Both the position numbers and the translations under genes were made by a program. Below, in pieces: positions 27,171 to 43,530 of a stretch of DNA of 64,000 bases. The DNA comes from Bigelowiella natans CCMP2755 (Eukaryota; Protista; Cercozoa): NCBI GenBank assembly GCA_000320545.1, contig ADNK01000855.1, positions 1-64,000 of the forward strand, written 5' to 3'. The first letter of the stretch is position 1. Every line of letters begins with the position of its first letter. The notes beneath the pieces are model-generated. The model was not told where the DNA came from. It worked only from the letters and a program-made list of their open reading frames with translations, and searched no databases.

Positions 27171-27905
27171 TGTATGTAGCAGCACGGAGTAGTGTTGAGT
27201 GGATACGATTGTTGTCGAGTAACTCCCTGCGTGCGTAGGTAGGTTATAAGGTCTGCTCCGCTGTGATTTTAAACAAAAATAGTGCCCATCACCTCCACGC
27301 ATTCGAAAGAAAATGATTACATGGTTTTCTGCATTTATGCGCATGTGCGCGAGCCGAGGGCGCATACGATACACACATGATTCATTATGGTTATGGACAA
27401 CGTGATATGATATATGCTAGTATGTTACACATTGCACACCGTGTCATTATAGACGACGTAATATAATATTACTATGTCTATTATTGTCTGTAGCACCAAC
27501 ATGCACACAGCTACGTACGTAGAGCCGTAGGTAGCTACGCATCCGGCCATGCATGTGTGCGTAATAATCTAAGCAAAGCAATGTTAGTGTCTGCGCTGCG
27601 CGCTGCTGAAGATTCGAGCGTGAACAATGAGAAGCGGAATGCCTCCATGCTAGCATGTGTGCAAATGCAAGTTGTGGCACAATGCATGGAGGTGCAGGAA
27701 ATAAATGTCGCGCTTGCATGCTAGTCACAATAAATCATAAAAGTTGGTCGTAAGTTTAACATCTATGAAACCGTGCTGCACACTTGTGCACGAAACGGGG
27801 CATGTGCTGTGGCTCCCGTATATACATGTGTAGCGAGAGGCCATGATCACTCAGTACCAATTGCGGGAGATCCTCGTACACCCACCATAACCAAACGATG
27901 GGCGA

Positions 27906-28380
27906 TTACTTGCCTGCGATGTACTTTGCACCGAAGCTGGCCATCTTGTTATTGATGGGAAGCTTGTAGAGTTCTCCCTCGAAGTATCCCTGAGAGAGAA
28001 GAGACAGCATGAGATGCAGTTGGAATAAGAGCGGAAAAAACAAGCACCACCATCACCACAAACAACGACGAACAGGTTTGTACGATTTCCTACCTTAAGC
28101 TCTGCTCGTCCGCGCAAAGAGGTGTAGAGCTTCGCCAGCCTATTGCAAATCGATGGACAAAAAACACGAAACGTGGATGATCATCTTAATCTTCCATTAC
28201 CGCGCCAGCAGAGGCATGCATATTAATCGAATGTCAACGGCAGCACAACAACGATGTGGTCTAGACTTATTGTCTACTACCCAGGGTAATCCTTCAGCAA
28301 GCTTTCCTTGTTGTTGGCAGATGCAAGAATTTCATGCTGGTCGATCATCTCCCACCTTTTTATGTACGCACCAACGCATT

Positions 28381-28415
<35 letters not shown>

Positions 28416-28532
28416 CATCATTGCAGTTCCTTCATCATTATTACTCATCACAACAAAACCAGCATCATCGTAGCAACATTAGCATCGCCATTTGGGTTCG
28501 GAAGGGAAGGGGAAGGGAAGGGGGAAGAAGCG

Positions 28533-28563
<31 letters not shown>

Positions 28564-29437
28564 TTACTACATGTGGAAATCTGGTACAGTAGGTTCTTCT
28601 CCAAGCAGATAGGTCGATTTCTTTAGTGTGTTATTAGTAGTAGCAACAAGAGGAAGAAGGAATGGATGCCATAGGCGCCATGGATTCACAGCTATACAAC
28701 ATATCATCTATACGGTGATGTCTTTATTTTAATCACCACGATGCTACAACATTGCGTGCTTGTTATGACATGAAAGTGTTCTTTGGGTGCTGAAAACGGC
28801 AATGATAGATTCATGCCCCCTGGCACGATTAGTGTTCGTTAGTAAGCCATCATTATCTTTTCGGCCCATCACCACCACCATCACCTTCGCAGAGATCCAT
28901 TCCTCAAACTTCTTGAAGTGTTTAGGAACGGTGCTGCCCAAGTGGGATGCGGTAGCATCCTGCGCGGTTAGAATGCGTTGTGAGCAGCGATACTCACGTG
29001 TTCTTCAAGGGTGTGTGGGTGCGACAGAGTAACAGTGTGTGTGAGAGGGAGATAGAGAGAGATAGAGAGGAACCTCATCTTTGGCTCCATAGAATAGTTT
29101 CACTGATGAATTGCGAAGGTCCATAATCTGGGTAAGTAAGAAGAACGTGCAGTAGTATATCAGGTATACGAAAAGACGAAGAATTAATTAACATGCGCCA
29201 AAACATATGCAGTATGTTTTACATCTTTATGAAAGAGCATGGTATCTGTACACAAAAATTAAAGTAGGAAGGTGTACTACTATGCAGTATGTGTAGACGC
29301 ATCATATTCCATACAAGACGACCTCGCACAGAAGCTGATTGCAGCCAGTGGTATCACCTTCCAGGAACAAGAAGAAGAAGAAGAAGAAGAGGAAGAGAAT
29401 GAGGAAGGAGGAAGGAGGAAGGAGGAAGGAAGGAGGA

Positions 29438-29470
<33 letters not shown>

Positions 29471-30399
29471 GGAGGAAAATAAGACTTAAATTACTATTGT
29501 GGAAATGCATGAATGGGAGCGTGGGTGCGCGTGGGTGCGCGTTGTTGCTGCAACACACGAGAATAATAGTGTCCTCATCATGTGTATCACCAAAAAGTAA
29601 CTTTTGTGAGAAAAATAGGGATATAAATGTATAAATATTTTATATATATATATATATGTATAATATCGTGATTTCCTACCTCCGTCAAGGCCCAGCTCTT
29701 TTGCCAAATACATGAATATGGCATTAGTCTGTCAATACGAGTGATGTGAGTGCGAACGAATGCACAGAGTTGAAGACGGTGAGTAAGGTCAAACATACCT
29801 GTGTGACCACCTTGCCCTTATGCACAACATATCTGGTAAAGGTGGAATACGACATAATAGCGTGAAGGTGGTAAAATTGCGGTGGTGGGTAGTAGCTAGC
29901 TTAACATACGGAAGGTTGATCAGGGGATTCTTCTTCTTCAATTCAGGTTTATCCTTTCCAAACCTAGGTACGAGATGCTACGTATCAGTGGTCTGGCCCA
30001 ACTCCCTTTCTAATAATTCATGCAACATACTCACCAGCTGGAGGCATCCCACCCACCGCCTTCCTTGGCGGACAGCTCGTAAGTTTTGCTGCAGCACGCA
30101 ATTAAATTTTATCAATGTGACTGGTAGTCTAAGATGTTTGAACGAGAGTATCAAGTGTTAAATTTTATCCACGCACTTCTCCCATTTGGCAGATTTGAAG
30201 CTGCACATCATGCGCAATGGCGCAGCAAGGCCGCGGATATGCCAGTAGCCCACGGTAATCGTTTCGCCCTGTCCACATGTGCGTCATAAATTCTTCACAT
30301 GTTAGCTTCATTTTCAAAATATGCGATCTCTCTCTCCCTCCCTCCCTCCCTCCCTCCCCCCCTTTCTGTACAGCTAGCACCCACCTTTGAATCTCCCAT
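27906..30399 (-). CDS. Glutathione S-transferase, Mu-class-like
   Basis: Exons spell MGDSK-GETITVGYWHIRGLAAPLRMM, WFGKDKPELKKKNPLINLPY, TQTNAIFMYLAKELGLDG, IMDLRN, YLLGEEPTVPDFHMWEMIDQH, and C-terminal LPINNKMASFGAKYIAGK*. Confidence 0.9.
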
Positions 30400-31104
30400 G
30401 GTGTGAATAATAATGGATGATGTAGTTTCGAATTCGGTTTCTGGTTTGATGATGCGCTGTGCGAATTGTACAGAACAAAATATCTTCACACAGAGAAAAA
30501 CAGCTAGCTGTGGGAAAATTACGACAACAGACAGGGGCTATTTCACAACGTACGACCAAATAATTTGCAACATAAAAGACAACATTTTGTTGTACAGATC
30601 GTGCTCATGGGAAAATAGACCTGTGTTCGCTTCACTCGTGAGACTGCATAAAATAGGTTGTCGCTATCACAAAAGTACAGGTCATGTCTGATTTCAATGG
30701 ATTTCTCGAAGCGTTCCGGAAAAAAGGAGGAGAGATAGCTGGATAGCAGGAGACCACGAAAAAGCCAAAACCCACCTGCTGGTTTTTTTGGCCGAACTCT
30801 CCGTACACCCAAAACCCCCCGAAATCGAAGAGGGGCTTTCCAGAACGAAAACTAAGGAGAAGTTGATATTGCGACATGATATTAAAGCTGTTTTTTGTCC
30901 AAAAGACTGGGCTCGGCAAAGAGAGTGCCGTGTACGCACATAGAGACCCGAACCAAGAATGTCAGAATGCGTCTTCATATATTTCCAGTCGTAGTAATAA
31001 TTTCTGCTCTATTTACGAAGATCTCGGGGATTCCGAGACTACAACTCTAAACCTTGAGTTAGTCCCCGGTCAGCATTCCGTCGGATTTCCGGATGTATAA
31101 ATAA

Positions 31105-34150
<3,046 letters not shown>

Positions 34151-35211
34151 CTCAAGTAGATCACCCTCCACATCCTCACTCTCTCCACCTCTAGATGTAG
34201 CCCTTTATTTCCCCCCTCCGCCCAACACTTAGTTCAATTCCTCTGATATTACTGTCTTCATTCTTCCACCAACCGATTTACGTTCCATCAATCTGTGCTT
34301 TGATGCAATTGGATTGATTACGCTGCATGGTTAAGAAGGCGTCGTGCATACATGAATGTGCATTAAATCTGGTTGACAATAATCAAATTACACCGTTCAT
34401 CACACACTTGTGAAATAACATGAGGTCGTACGATCTAGCGAGTGTGCATATGTGCAGTTGTCAGCAAGGCATATTGACCAATGAACGAAGGCACACTGTT
34501 GGACACGCTACGGAGAAGTACATGTGGTTCCAAAATTCTAGAATGTTTGCATTGCGTTCGGCAGTGCGCAGCCTGACATTGTGCGGTGACTGGCGATGAA
34601 AGCCCAGCGAGCACGCACACAGAGCACGCACAGCTGTGCTGCGACCGTAGCGCACAAAATGCAATTCAATCCATGAAATTGGCACGCCGCCATCTAGCTA
34701 GCTACAAGCTAGCTAGCTGCGTGCACCAATTCGTCTAGATCTGACAGATCGAATTGCGAACACACACGACACACACACACACTGTACACATGCACACATC
34801 TAGACATGCACACACAAAACGTCACACTTTTGATATGTGTGTTGTCTATTGTTAGTTGTGTTGACCAACCAATCCTCGATGCATGAGCAGCAATGCGGAG
34901 TTGTTTGCACCCGCCGCACACACAGCATCGCGAGTCGCCGCGAACAATTCTCGAGAATTTCTCACCTATTAAAAGGCATAATTAAGTCTGCGGCAACAAA
35001 GAGATCTTGTCGCAGGAAGAAATTTGAGCTGGCTAATATCTATCTATGCCGGAACAACTGGGGCCTCTATTTAGATCAAAATATGTCGAAGGAATATCGT
35101 AGAAGTCTCTTTTTTCCATAGAACAGTAAAATATCCGAAAACACAGATCAGTTGCTCGCATCCGATCCTCTCCACCCACCAGCTTGCATCAAGACTGCAT
35201 AGAATTTAACA

Positions 35212-35662
35212 ATGAATAGTGAGCAGACAGTTCAATTCGACATGACGGTCGAGATCTGTTTCGCCGATGAGAAGGACATGCCCTTTGGTCCCTACGCCGA
35301 GGCAAAAAGCGATAGCTACCAAATAATGTATCTACCAAAGGATGCTACTTTCAGGAACATCAAACTTACTGCTGAGAAAGGGGCGAAGAAGGTCATGGAT
35401 AAGATGGTGGAGACTTCTAGGCGGCAAAACGTGGAGATGACGTAAACTTACCCGAATTGACTCTGCGTGCTGATCATGACCTTAATATCTCAAATTAATT
35501 AGGTATACCTGGGTCGTGGTTAAAATCAGTTTTAAAGGTGGAGCCCTTCCGGAAGAACACTATGATCGGAAGATAACCGACCACTTGAAGAATGGTGATA
35601 CATGCATTATTACTGTTGATAGATTCACGTCCAGGCGAGTTTCATGTTGTACGATTGTATGA
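35212..35662 (+). CDS. 129-aa ubiquitin-fold-like protein with C-terminal CC-TIV CaaX box (MUB/UBL3-like)
   Basis: Exon 1 35212-35441, 61-nt GT-AG intron, exon 2 35503-35662 in frame: ...YLPKDATFRNIK...KISFKGGALPEEHYDRKITDHLKNGDTCIITVDRFTSRRVSCCTIV*. Confidence 0.7.
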
Positions 35663-36800
35663 GAGTCTGTGATTAAATCTCATCATCGATTGCGAAGATT
35701 TTTATGACTGAGGAACGTGCGACGTAACTAGATTCGACTCCACTCAGTGATTATGCATGGTGGAAAGAGTAGTACTTAAAAAAAAAAAAAAAAACATGCA
35801 ACACGCCCGTCTGCATGTGAGGAACAATGAGGTACCTAAAAGCAGATGTGGCTGCAAAGACAGTTGTCTTCTAGGTTGACTTGTGCTCATGTGGATGCTC
35901 ATGCTAGCTAGCTATTCCCAATCATATTCCTAATCATAGGCTGCAACTCAAGCTGCGATTTTTCTTGTCATATCGCGGCTTTTATTATGCCATGTGTGAT
36001 CGACGGGTGCTAAGAATTCAATGCATATACTATTACTATCGCATGGGCACCGCTGTCTAGCTGTGCTGCATGATCCACGTGAAGCAATCTGAGCACATCT
36101 AGCTAGACATCTCAGTTCACAGCATCGATCACAGCTCTAGAGCTGCTAGGCATGCAAGAAATGAGCATCAATCTGTGCAGAGCATGCGTGCATGCATCAT
36201 TCGTGTGCTACAGTGCGAGCTTCGCATTGATCGAATCTGGCTCATTTGCCATTTCAGCTGCGGCTTGCATGCACATGTAGCTTGCGCGCAGGATGATGAA
36301 TCATTGAATTTTTGGCCATCCATGCATGCATTCGCATCAACATGCGCAGCTAGCATGACTGCGTGATCGAACACTGCACACGGGTAGGTGGAACGAACGA
36401 AGGAGTTCCGCAGCCCGCCAGCCCGCTAGCCCGACACATGCGCATGCTCGTGGAGCAGAACTGATCGTGTTGTGTTTCACAGCACGCAGAAACGCCCCAG
36501 AAGACTCGCACGTTGCACGCCTCTGAACTGTGCAGTCGTTGTTGCATTGCACATTCCGGCTTCGGACAGGTTCTATGTTGGCTACCTGTCTGTGAAATCT
36601 ATCGATGTGCTCAAACATCTACCACCAACCGCACGAAGAAAACTCGAGGGAAAGGAGAGGGAGAATCGAAGAAGAGGCGCGTGGCGGGACAGGGAGGGAC
36701 GAGCCAAATGTGAGCCGAAACAACGACACAGAGGACGATGACAACAAATTGAGTTCAGATTTAGATCGTCTCTGCGTTCATTTCACACATCGGAATAACA

Positions 36801-37077
36801 GGCTCCCCTGCTAAGTGCTTTGAGGGTGACGAAATTCATACCGAGCCATTCAATGCTATTTCTGCACTCGGGCTTATCTTAGCTAGAAGTAAAATCAATC
36901 GAGGAAATACAACTTTGAAGTACGGTTATCCGTGCTTGGATTTTCAGGTTATTTACTAAAACACACATTTCCTAGGATTTCCCCTTCTTGTACTAACTTC
37001 AGTTTTTTCCTCAGTTGTCTTACCTAATAGGGACTGCCTCGGCCCTATTTCACGCGACCCTGAGCCCAGTCACAAAG
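36801..37077 (+). pseudogene. Alkaline ceramidase/CREST-like N-terminal fragment
   Basis: CFEGDEIHTEPFNAISALGLILA and a spliceable exon GTASALFHATL (SxxxH motif). No clear start and no downstream D or HxxxH motifs. Confidence 0.4.
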
Positions 37078-37410
37078 GTGAGAAGCATGGTCCGCAGTTC
37101 TATGGAGTGAACTTATCCATCGAATTATATTCAAGGCATGGGGAAAATGGCGAGAGGGGAGTGTTCACATTCACTGGGGCGGTCAGAGATTTGGGCAACG
37201 GATCGTTGAGGCATCCACTTCTTTTCGATTTCCCTCGCGAAAAAATGAAGAAGAAGGATTTCCCCCTAAAAATGTCTTGTGTTTATGCCCGGAGACAACG
37301 GAGCAACCATGTCGTTCATCACAATTAACATTCTGAACGACAACCAACAACATTTCTCGTTGCGAAGAAGCTGGTCGGGTTTGGAGGGAGGAGGGCACCA
37401 ACAGCTCTCC

Positions 37411-37929
37411 ATGGGAAAGAAACGCAGCCAGGGGTGCACGAAGACTTTCGATTATGTCGATATAAATCTAAGAACGTTTTCCTGCGATACAATTCTTAAC
37501 AGAGGCATCTGCGGATCTTTAACTTTCTCATATGGCTTGATCACTTGGATCGTGCTCGCTAACATTGCTGTCCAAGTCCTTTTCGGCATCGCTTTCTTCG
37601 GTTACTACCGCAATGGGAAAATCTCTACGTTTTCTGACCGCCAGGATAATTCTTTTGTCCAGAAGGGAGGAGGCGTCGGAGGAAACAGTATGTCACATTG
37701 CAAAGAAGAATTTTAGTTTAGTTGAGGAGAATCACGTGATCCAAACTCCCATATATTTTTTGAACAGTTTTCGCCGATGTGGGCGGGCAGGCAATCACGG
37801 TAGAGGAGAAGAAGTACCATATCAGGCAACAGATCCAGTCGCTCGTCAAACAGCTTCAAGAATTGGACAAAGCGGGAGTGGGAGAGCAGCAGCAGCAGCA
37901 GCATCAACATCATCGTCAGCAACAGCAGC

Positions 37930-37970
<41 letters not shown>

Positions 37971-38245
37971 CGAAAACACCTGTTGGATGATAAAAATGCC
38001 GTAGCTGGCAGTACACAGCAGTCATCGCGAACAATAGGAGGAGGAAGAAAAGGAGGAGGAGGAGGGGGGGAGGAGGACACTGAATTAGAAAGCGACGAGG
38101 CACTACAGAAAGAGCGTTGGAACATGTTATCCAAAGTATTTCCAGATAAGCCATATCAAGGTGCCCTACTGACCTTTTATATATAAATACAAACACATTC
38201 ATAAACAACATGCACATAGATCATAATAGATGCGCGCGTGCGGAT

Positions 38246-38287
<42 letters not shown>

Positions 38288-38851
38288 CATTAACGCATCG
38301 ACAGTGTAAAGCAAAATTTAAAGCTTTTGTGCATGATGACGAGTTTCCAGCACGCATCGATCGTCCTACCTGTGTTATTGACGTAATAATGATGATGAGG
38401 AGGAAGAGGAGGAGGCGGAGAGGAGCACCACCGCCACTTTCCTCATAGCAATTACCGTCAGGTCCTTCCTTAAACGTGGAATTGCTGTCGTTCAGTAAGT
38501 GTGAACATGAGACAATGGGATGGCGAAAGTACCAGTCGTGGATGGATCAAAGGACGGAACTCGTGTGCGACGGCTATTCCAAAATATGGTTGTCAAATCA
38601 TCTCTGCGACTGATGATGCTGCTGCTGCTGCTGCTGCTGCTGTTGATTGCTCATGGCACTTGCGTGACAGCGGCAATGCTTGCTGATCACGATGGGCATA
38701 AATTGGGCGTTGATGGTGATTACAGGTGTGTGACGTTCCCTTACCATGCTCCTGGACGTGCGTTCTTCTGCCATGCGACGAACATCCTCGAGGAAGTTGC
38801 AGGGAACGGCCACAAATTAAGATGGAACGCTTACTGTAATATGTACACACA

Positions 38852-38891
<40 letters not shown>

Positions 38892-39388
38892 CACGTACAC
38901 GCACACGCACATATTCACTTACTGTAACATCTCTCCTTTATAACTTTCCAAGGCACGCAAACGAACGTGTGGAAGCGCGGACGTTTCTGGGCAGAGATGG
39001 GCAAATCGATGAAGCTTTATAAGGGAGGGGACAGCGCACTGAACATCGTCACTGGAGATCCTCCAGGCAAGGCTCACCTCTTTAAAGAGGGGGGAGGGAG
39101 AAAGAGGAGGAAGCACATTATATGCTGCGTGAAAATCTCTCTCCCTGCCCTCTTCATTTTATCAATGTTATCGTTATTGTTGAGTACCAGGATGTGATAC
39201 GACACGCTATGCGCCTTTCGTATGTGACTGACCGTTAGCAGGGGGGGTGCGGGAATACTCCCAAAGCAAGTTGACCTACATCCAAGTCGCCGATTGTGAG
39301 TTCTTAAATCCAGCGCATTGCCAAGGCTGTCCCATGCTCGGGTAGTAGTAGCAGTCGCAGTTAGCAGCAGTAGTACGACGTAGTAGTC

Positions 39389-39419
<31 letters not shown>

Positions 39420-39897
39420 CCGTAAGGCAATGGTAGAGAAGCAGATCAAGAGCAAGAGTCACAAGTGGAATACGCTGCTGAGCCATCATCATCGGCGATA
39501 GAAGATATTAATGCAATCGATCACTAATGAATTTAAGTCCTGACCCCACTTACCTGGTGAATATGCTAAGTAGCATTGCGTGCTCGGAAGACTGAATGGT
39601 GCTGATTATCGTCTTGCGTATTACAGCTACATGTTCCGTACTCTTCTCAAGGCGAAGAAAGAGGAGGTCGAAAGCAAAACACGACAGGGGGGGAGGGAAG
39701 AGGGTGGAAAAGACAGAAAATGATCGACGATAGATAGGATCCAGCAAAGAGAGAAGAAGAAGAAGAAGAAGAACAACAACAACAACAACAACAGGAAGAA
39801 GGAAATATTTCTATGGCATAAAATTAGTAATAGCTACTCGCCCACCAACGCACATGTACATGCAAACATACAGCGAGCTGCTAATACCGTTGCTGTT

Positions 39898-39932
<35 letters not shown>

Positions 39933-40343
39933 CACACCTTACCGCTCATAATGCATAATCCATCATGATCTAGACTCGTGTAGTCGCGACGTATCAGCAC
40001 CACAAACATAACTACCCGCTCCCCGATCTAGAAGTCATGTTCGGTACTAGCTCACTCTGAACCACAACATACTAGCTTCCTCCAATGAATTGATGATGAT
40101 GATGATGATGATGATGGTGACGACGACGACGACGACGCCGCATTCTTTTGCACACACCGGCTACAAATCGTACTTCGGCCTCCCGGCTGACCCCTTCACT
40201 TCCAGGGCAACCTCGTGTCAACGAAAGCGTCGCCATCAAGTTGGATCACAAGGAGGAGGAGCAGGGGGGGGGGGGGGAAGAGGTGAAGGGCAAAAAACAG
40301 TCATTATGGTTGAAGCAAGCAGTCTTCAGCCCGGAGGTATAGC

Positions 40344-40379
<36 letters not shown>

Positions 40380-42151
40380 TTAATCAGCAGTAGTAGAAGA
40401 AAAATAAGAAGTAGAAGAAGATGCATGTGCTGTGTGTGCTGAATTTCCAACCATATTACTGATACGTTTACTGCTGCTGCTGCTGCTGCAGGAAAGTTCG
40501 TCTTTTGGCAGTGAAAAATCTCCTCCCCCCCTCCCTCCTCCTCCTCCTCCTCCTCCTCCTCCTCCTCCTTCTTCCCTCTTCCTCTCCCGTCCTTCTTCGC
40601 CGTCCAAAGACATTTTTGCGGAGCCTAATAGTGATATCTATGATTGCGAAGTGACACCTAATGTTCGTTCGTTCAGCCCTACTACGCTCCCCATTGGCAG
40701 AAGAACCGCGGGGACAAAAACTGCGAAGGCAAGTCGCACTTCTTCATGAGCTATCAGGAGGAGATGCTCCCCGAGACGGAGAAGATCCTCCGGAGGGACA
40801 TGCCTGACCTCGCCAACGATTTCTGTGGGTGGCTGCGCAATAATTTCCGGCTGAGGCTTCCGAGGGACGAGGAGGGTTTCATCAACGGCGTCGTGCTTAA
40901 CATAGACAGCTGCAGCACGTAAACGACTAAATCATACTATCCCTTCCCCAACCCCCCTCTCTCTCCATTCCTCTGTGACATCTGTGATTCTCCCCATCCA
41001 CCTTACTTTTCCACATTACTACTCTCACCAACACTACCCCCCGGTACGATGCGGCAGGTATTCAAAGAGCTACAGCGACGGGGGCGTTATTTGGATTATG
41101 AGCCGGCAAGGTAGTACTTCACCAGAAATGCTTAGTCCTTCTCACGACGAACACCAATATCTATGGGAATTGCCGCTGGCCCCCGCTTCTTATGCTGCTG
41201 CTGGAGATGATCATTGATGTGTTTGATGCTGCTGCTGGAAGTGATAACGAGGATTTTGAAATAATGATCAGGACGGCGGCGTTCGCTGTTGAATCTGGGT
41301 GAAATCGCGGCTGCACTAGCTGCCGCCATTCCTTCTCGGGCAATTGTGATTGCAGACCCTGGGCACTTCCCATACCTCGTTCAGTAAGAACAGCACCAAA
41401 AGCTGCCTCACACAAACAGCAACATCACAGCCATGATACAGCGATACAGCTCATGCTTTGTTGGGTGGCGGTGGTTCTGACTCAGGTACGCATTGCCGAC
41501 GCGATCGAAGATAGTGACGGGGATGCATTCTGGAGGTCCTTCTACTATTGCTGTTGCCGCCGCTTGTATCGAATGAGCGCTCAGGATCCTCCTCGCCGCA
41601 TGCCATCAGCCACTCTCTCATTCGTATTACTACAATCACCCTTAAACAGGAATGTGGGGCGCTGTAAGATGGATGACCGCTGGACAGGTCAGAGAGAAGA
41701 ACTCGAGGGTTTCTTTTTTTTTCCCCCTGCAGAAAGACGGCGGTGATGTTGCGAATCTCTTCTTCGGTCTCCTCTCCGCTGATTACCTTTGATCTTCTGG
41801 ATCCTTGTCTATTACTGGCCAGATCATGGCTGAGATTTTGCCCATTCTTGGCCACGGGGACTCTTGTATGAACGCGAAGATGGTCGGTGTTCGATATTTT
41901 GCGGCGGTCTGTGAGACCTGCATAAGAGATAAGGTGAGCTCGGTTTCTGTTGCCATTGATTAGTTGCAAGCCTACACGAATGCATATTTCAACTATTTGT
42001 AATCGACTCTAAAATTCGTGATCAACCTACGAAGGGAGGGAACATTGGAACTGAGAAGGTGACAGAGATGATTGCCTCTGCGATAACGGGCATCGGTAAG
42101 AACAAGGAGCTCAAAACCTGCAAAGGGATCCCCGCGATGACGAAAGGATGA
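37411..42151 (+). CDS. Type II membrane glycosyltransferase, GT61/DUF563-like
   Basis: Short basic tail MGKKRS, one TM (GLITWIVLANIAVQVLFGIAFFGYY), and a coiled/poly-Q stem. The C-terminal exons follow the GT61 pattern: VIWIMSRQGRRRSLLNLGEIAAAL...IVIADPGHFPYLVQ...KIVTGMHSGGMWGAVRWM..GQIMAEILP...AKMVGVRY. Stop TGA 42149-42151. Confidence 0.72.
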
Positions 42152-42946
42152 CCGTCAGGAAAGCATCATATCTGTACATATTCGGAACAAGGTCTAAATA
42201 TCAATGATTATCAAATAAAAGCATGTTCAAAAACACGACATTGCTAGATTGTGCTCGCGCGCGTCTAGCGCGAGTGTGGGCTAGCTGCGAATAAATGTAG
42301 CACACCATCTCTAGATCTGATCTAGCTTATGGTCTTCGGTCATGGCTGCATTTGTCGACCTTGCTCGCTAGCTGGTGCACGCTAGCTACACGTAAGCTCA
42401 CTAGCTCATCACGATGCTATTCGCTGCGCACTACACTAGTACAGACTGGCAGAGCAGACAGACATCGATGAGTCAAGACTAGCTAACACTAGAAGATGCA
42501 GCCCACTAGCTAGCTAGCCCTTCATCCGAGCCACCGCGATCGGCAATGCACAGCATGATGCCTTTAGCTAGCTATAGCGCTCTAGCTAATGTAGTGCTGC
42601 TTGCTAGCTTGGTGGTTAGGGTTGCTGCTGTTGTAGGGAAAGTGTGAGGCAGATCGGCGCTCTAGCGCTGCTAGGCAAAGCGATGTGAGCCATGCTATGT
42701 GTAGCCAAAGCAAGGAGGGTGATGTCGTTGTGAAGATTGAAGTTTGAAGGTTACTCATGCGCGCACATGCACATGCCAACGTACACCAGAGTGTGGCCAC
42801 AATAATAGTATATATGATATTACATGTCTATAATCACATCTAGACATATTCAACATTCATTTACGAGCATTGGAGGTATTGTCCCAATGTGCATATGCAT
42901 ATTCGTTATTTCACTTGTGTTTCGCTATGCTAGAATGGTCAAAATA

Positions 42947-43448
42947 TCATGGACTACGAATGAAGTCTTCAGACTCAGGATCGTATCCCACTTGCTCTTG
43001 GGCGATACCAAGCGTTCTTAGCAGCTCTCCCATGCCACCCTGCTGACAGTGTCCCCTCTCCTGGCTCTTGGCAAGAAGATTCTCCATAATATCTTGCACA
43101 GCCTATTTTTATCGATAGTGCATTTACACCAAAAGTTTTTGAATTGTGGTGAGTGTGGAGCTGAGATGTCGGAATGGTGATTAACATGATGCAGTGACAG
43201 CGTGCATATACTAACTAGCCGGGTGTTGTGTAGTACCGATTTCCATTTTCGGGCTAACCGTTCGATTTCCTCCGTCTATTTGTTTTGGTCGAAGCCATTG
43301 TGTGCGCACAGGGGTTAGTGGGAGGAGGTAAGATTGTCTTATCGTTGTTACAACTACTCGATATTCTTGGAAGGAAAGTAGAGCAGGGATGGAATAATAA
43401 TAGTGCAGCGCGAGTTACAGTAATAGGCACCGCCAACAAACACGCACA

Positions 43449-43530
<82 letters not shown>

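Noticed and set aside
41733-41933. In-frame TGA at 41790-41792 within an apparently continuous frame (possible selenocysteine or read-through)
   Set aside because: A GT-AG intron at 41688-41822 removes it and restores the GT61 spacing (AGQ|IMAEILP). The AG at 41732 could at most give a truncated isoform.
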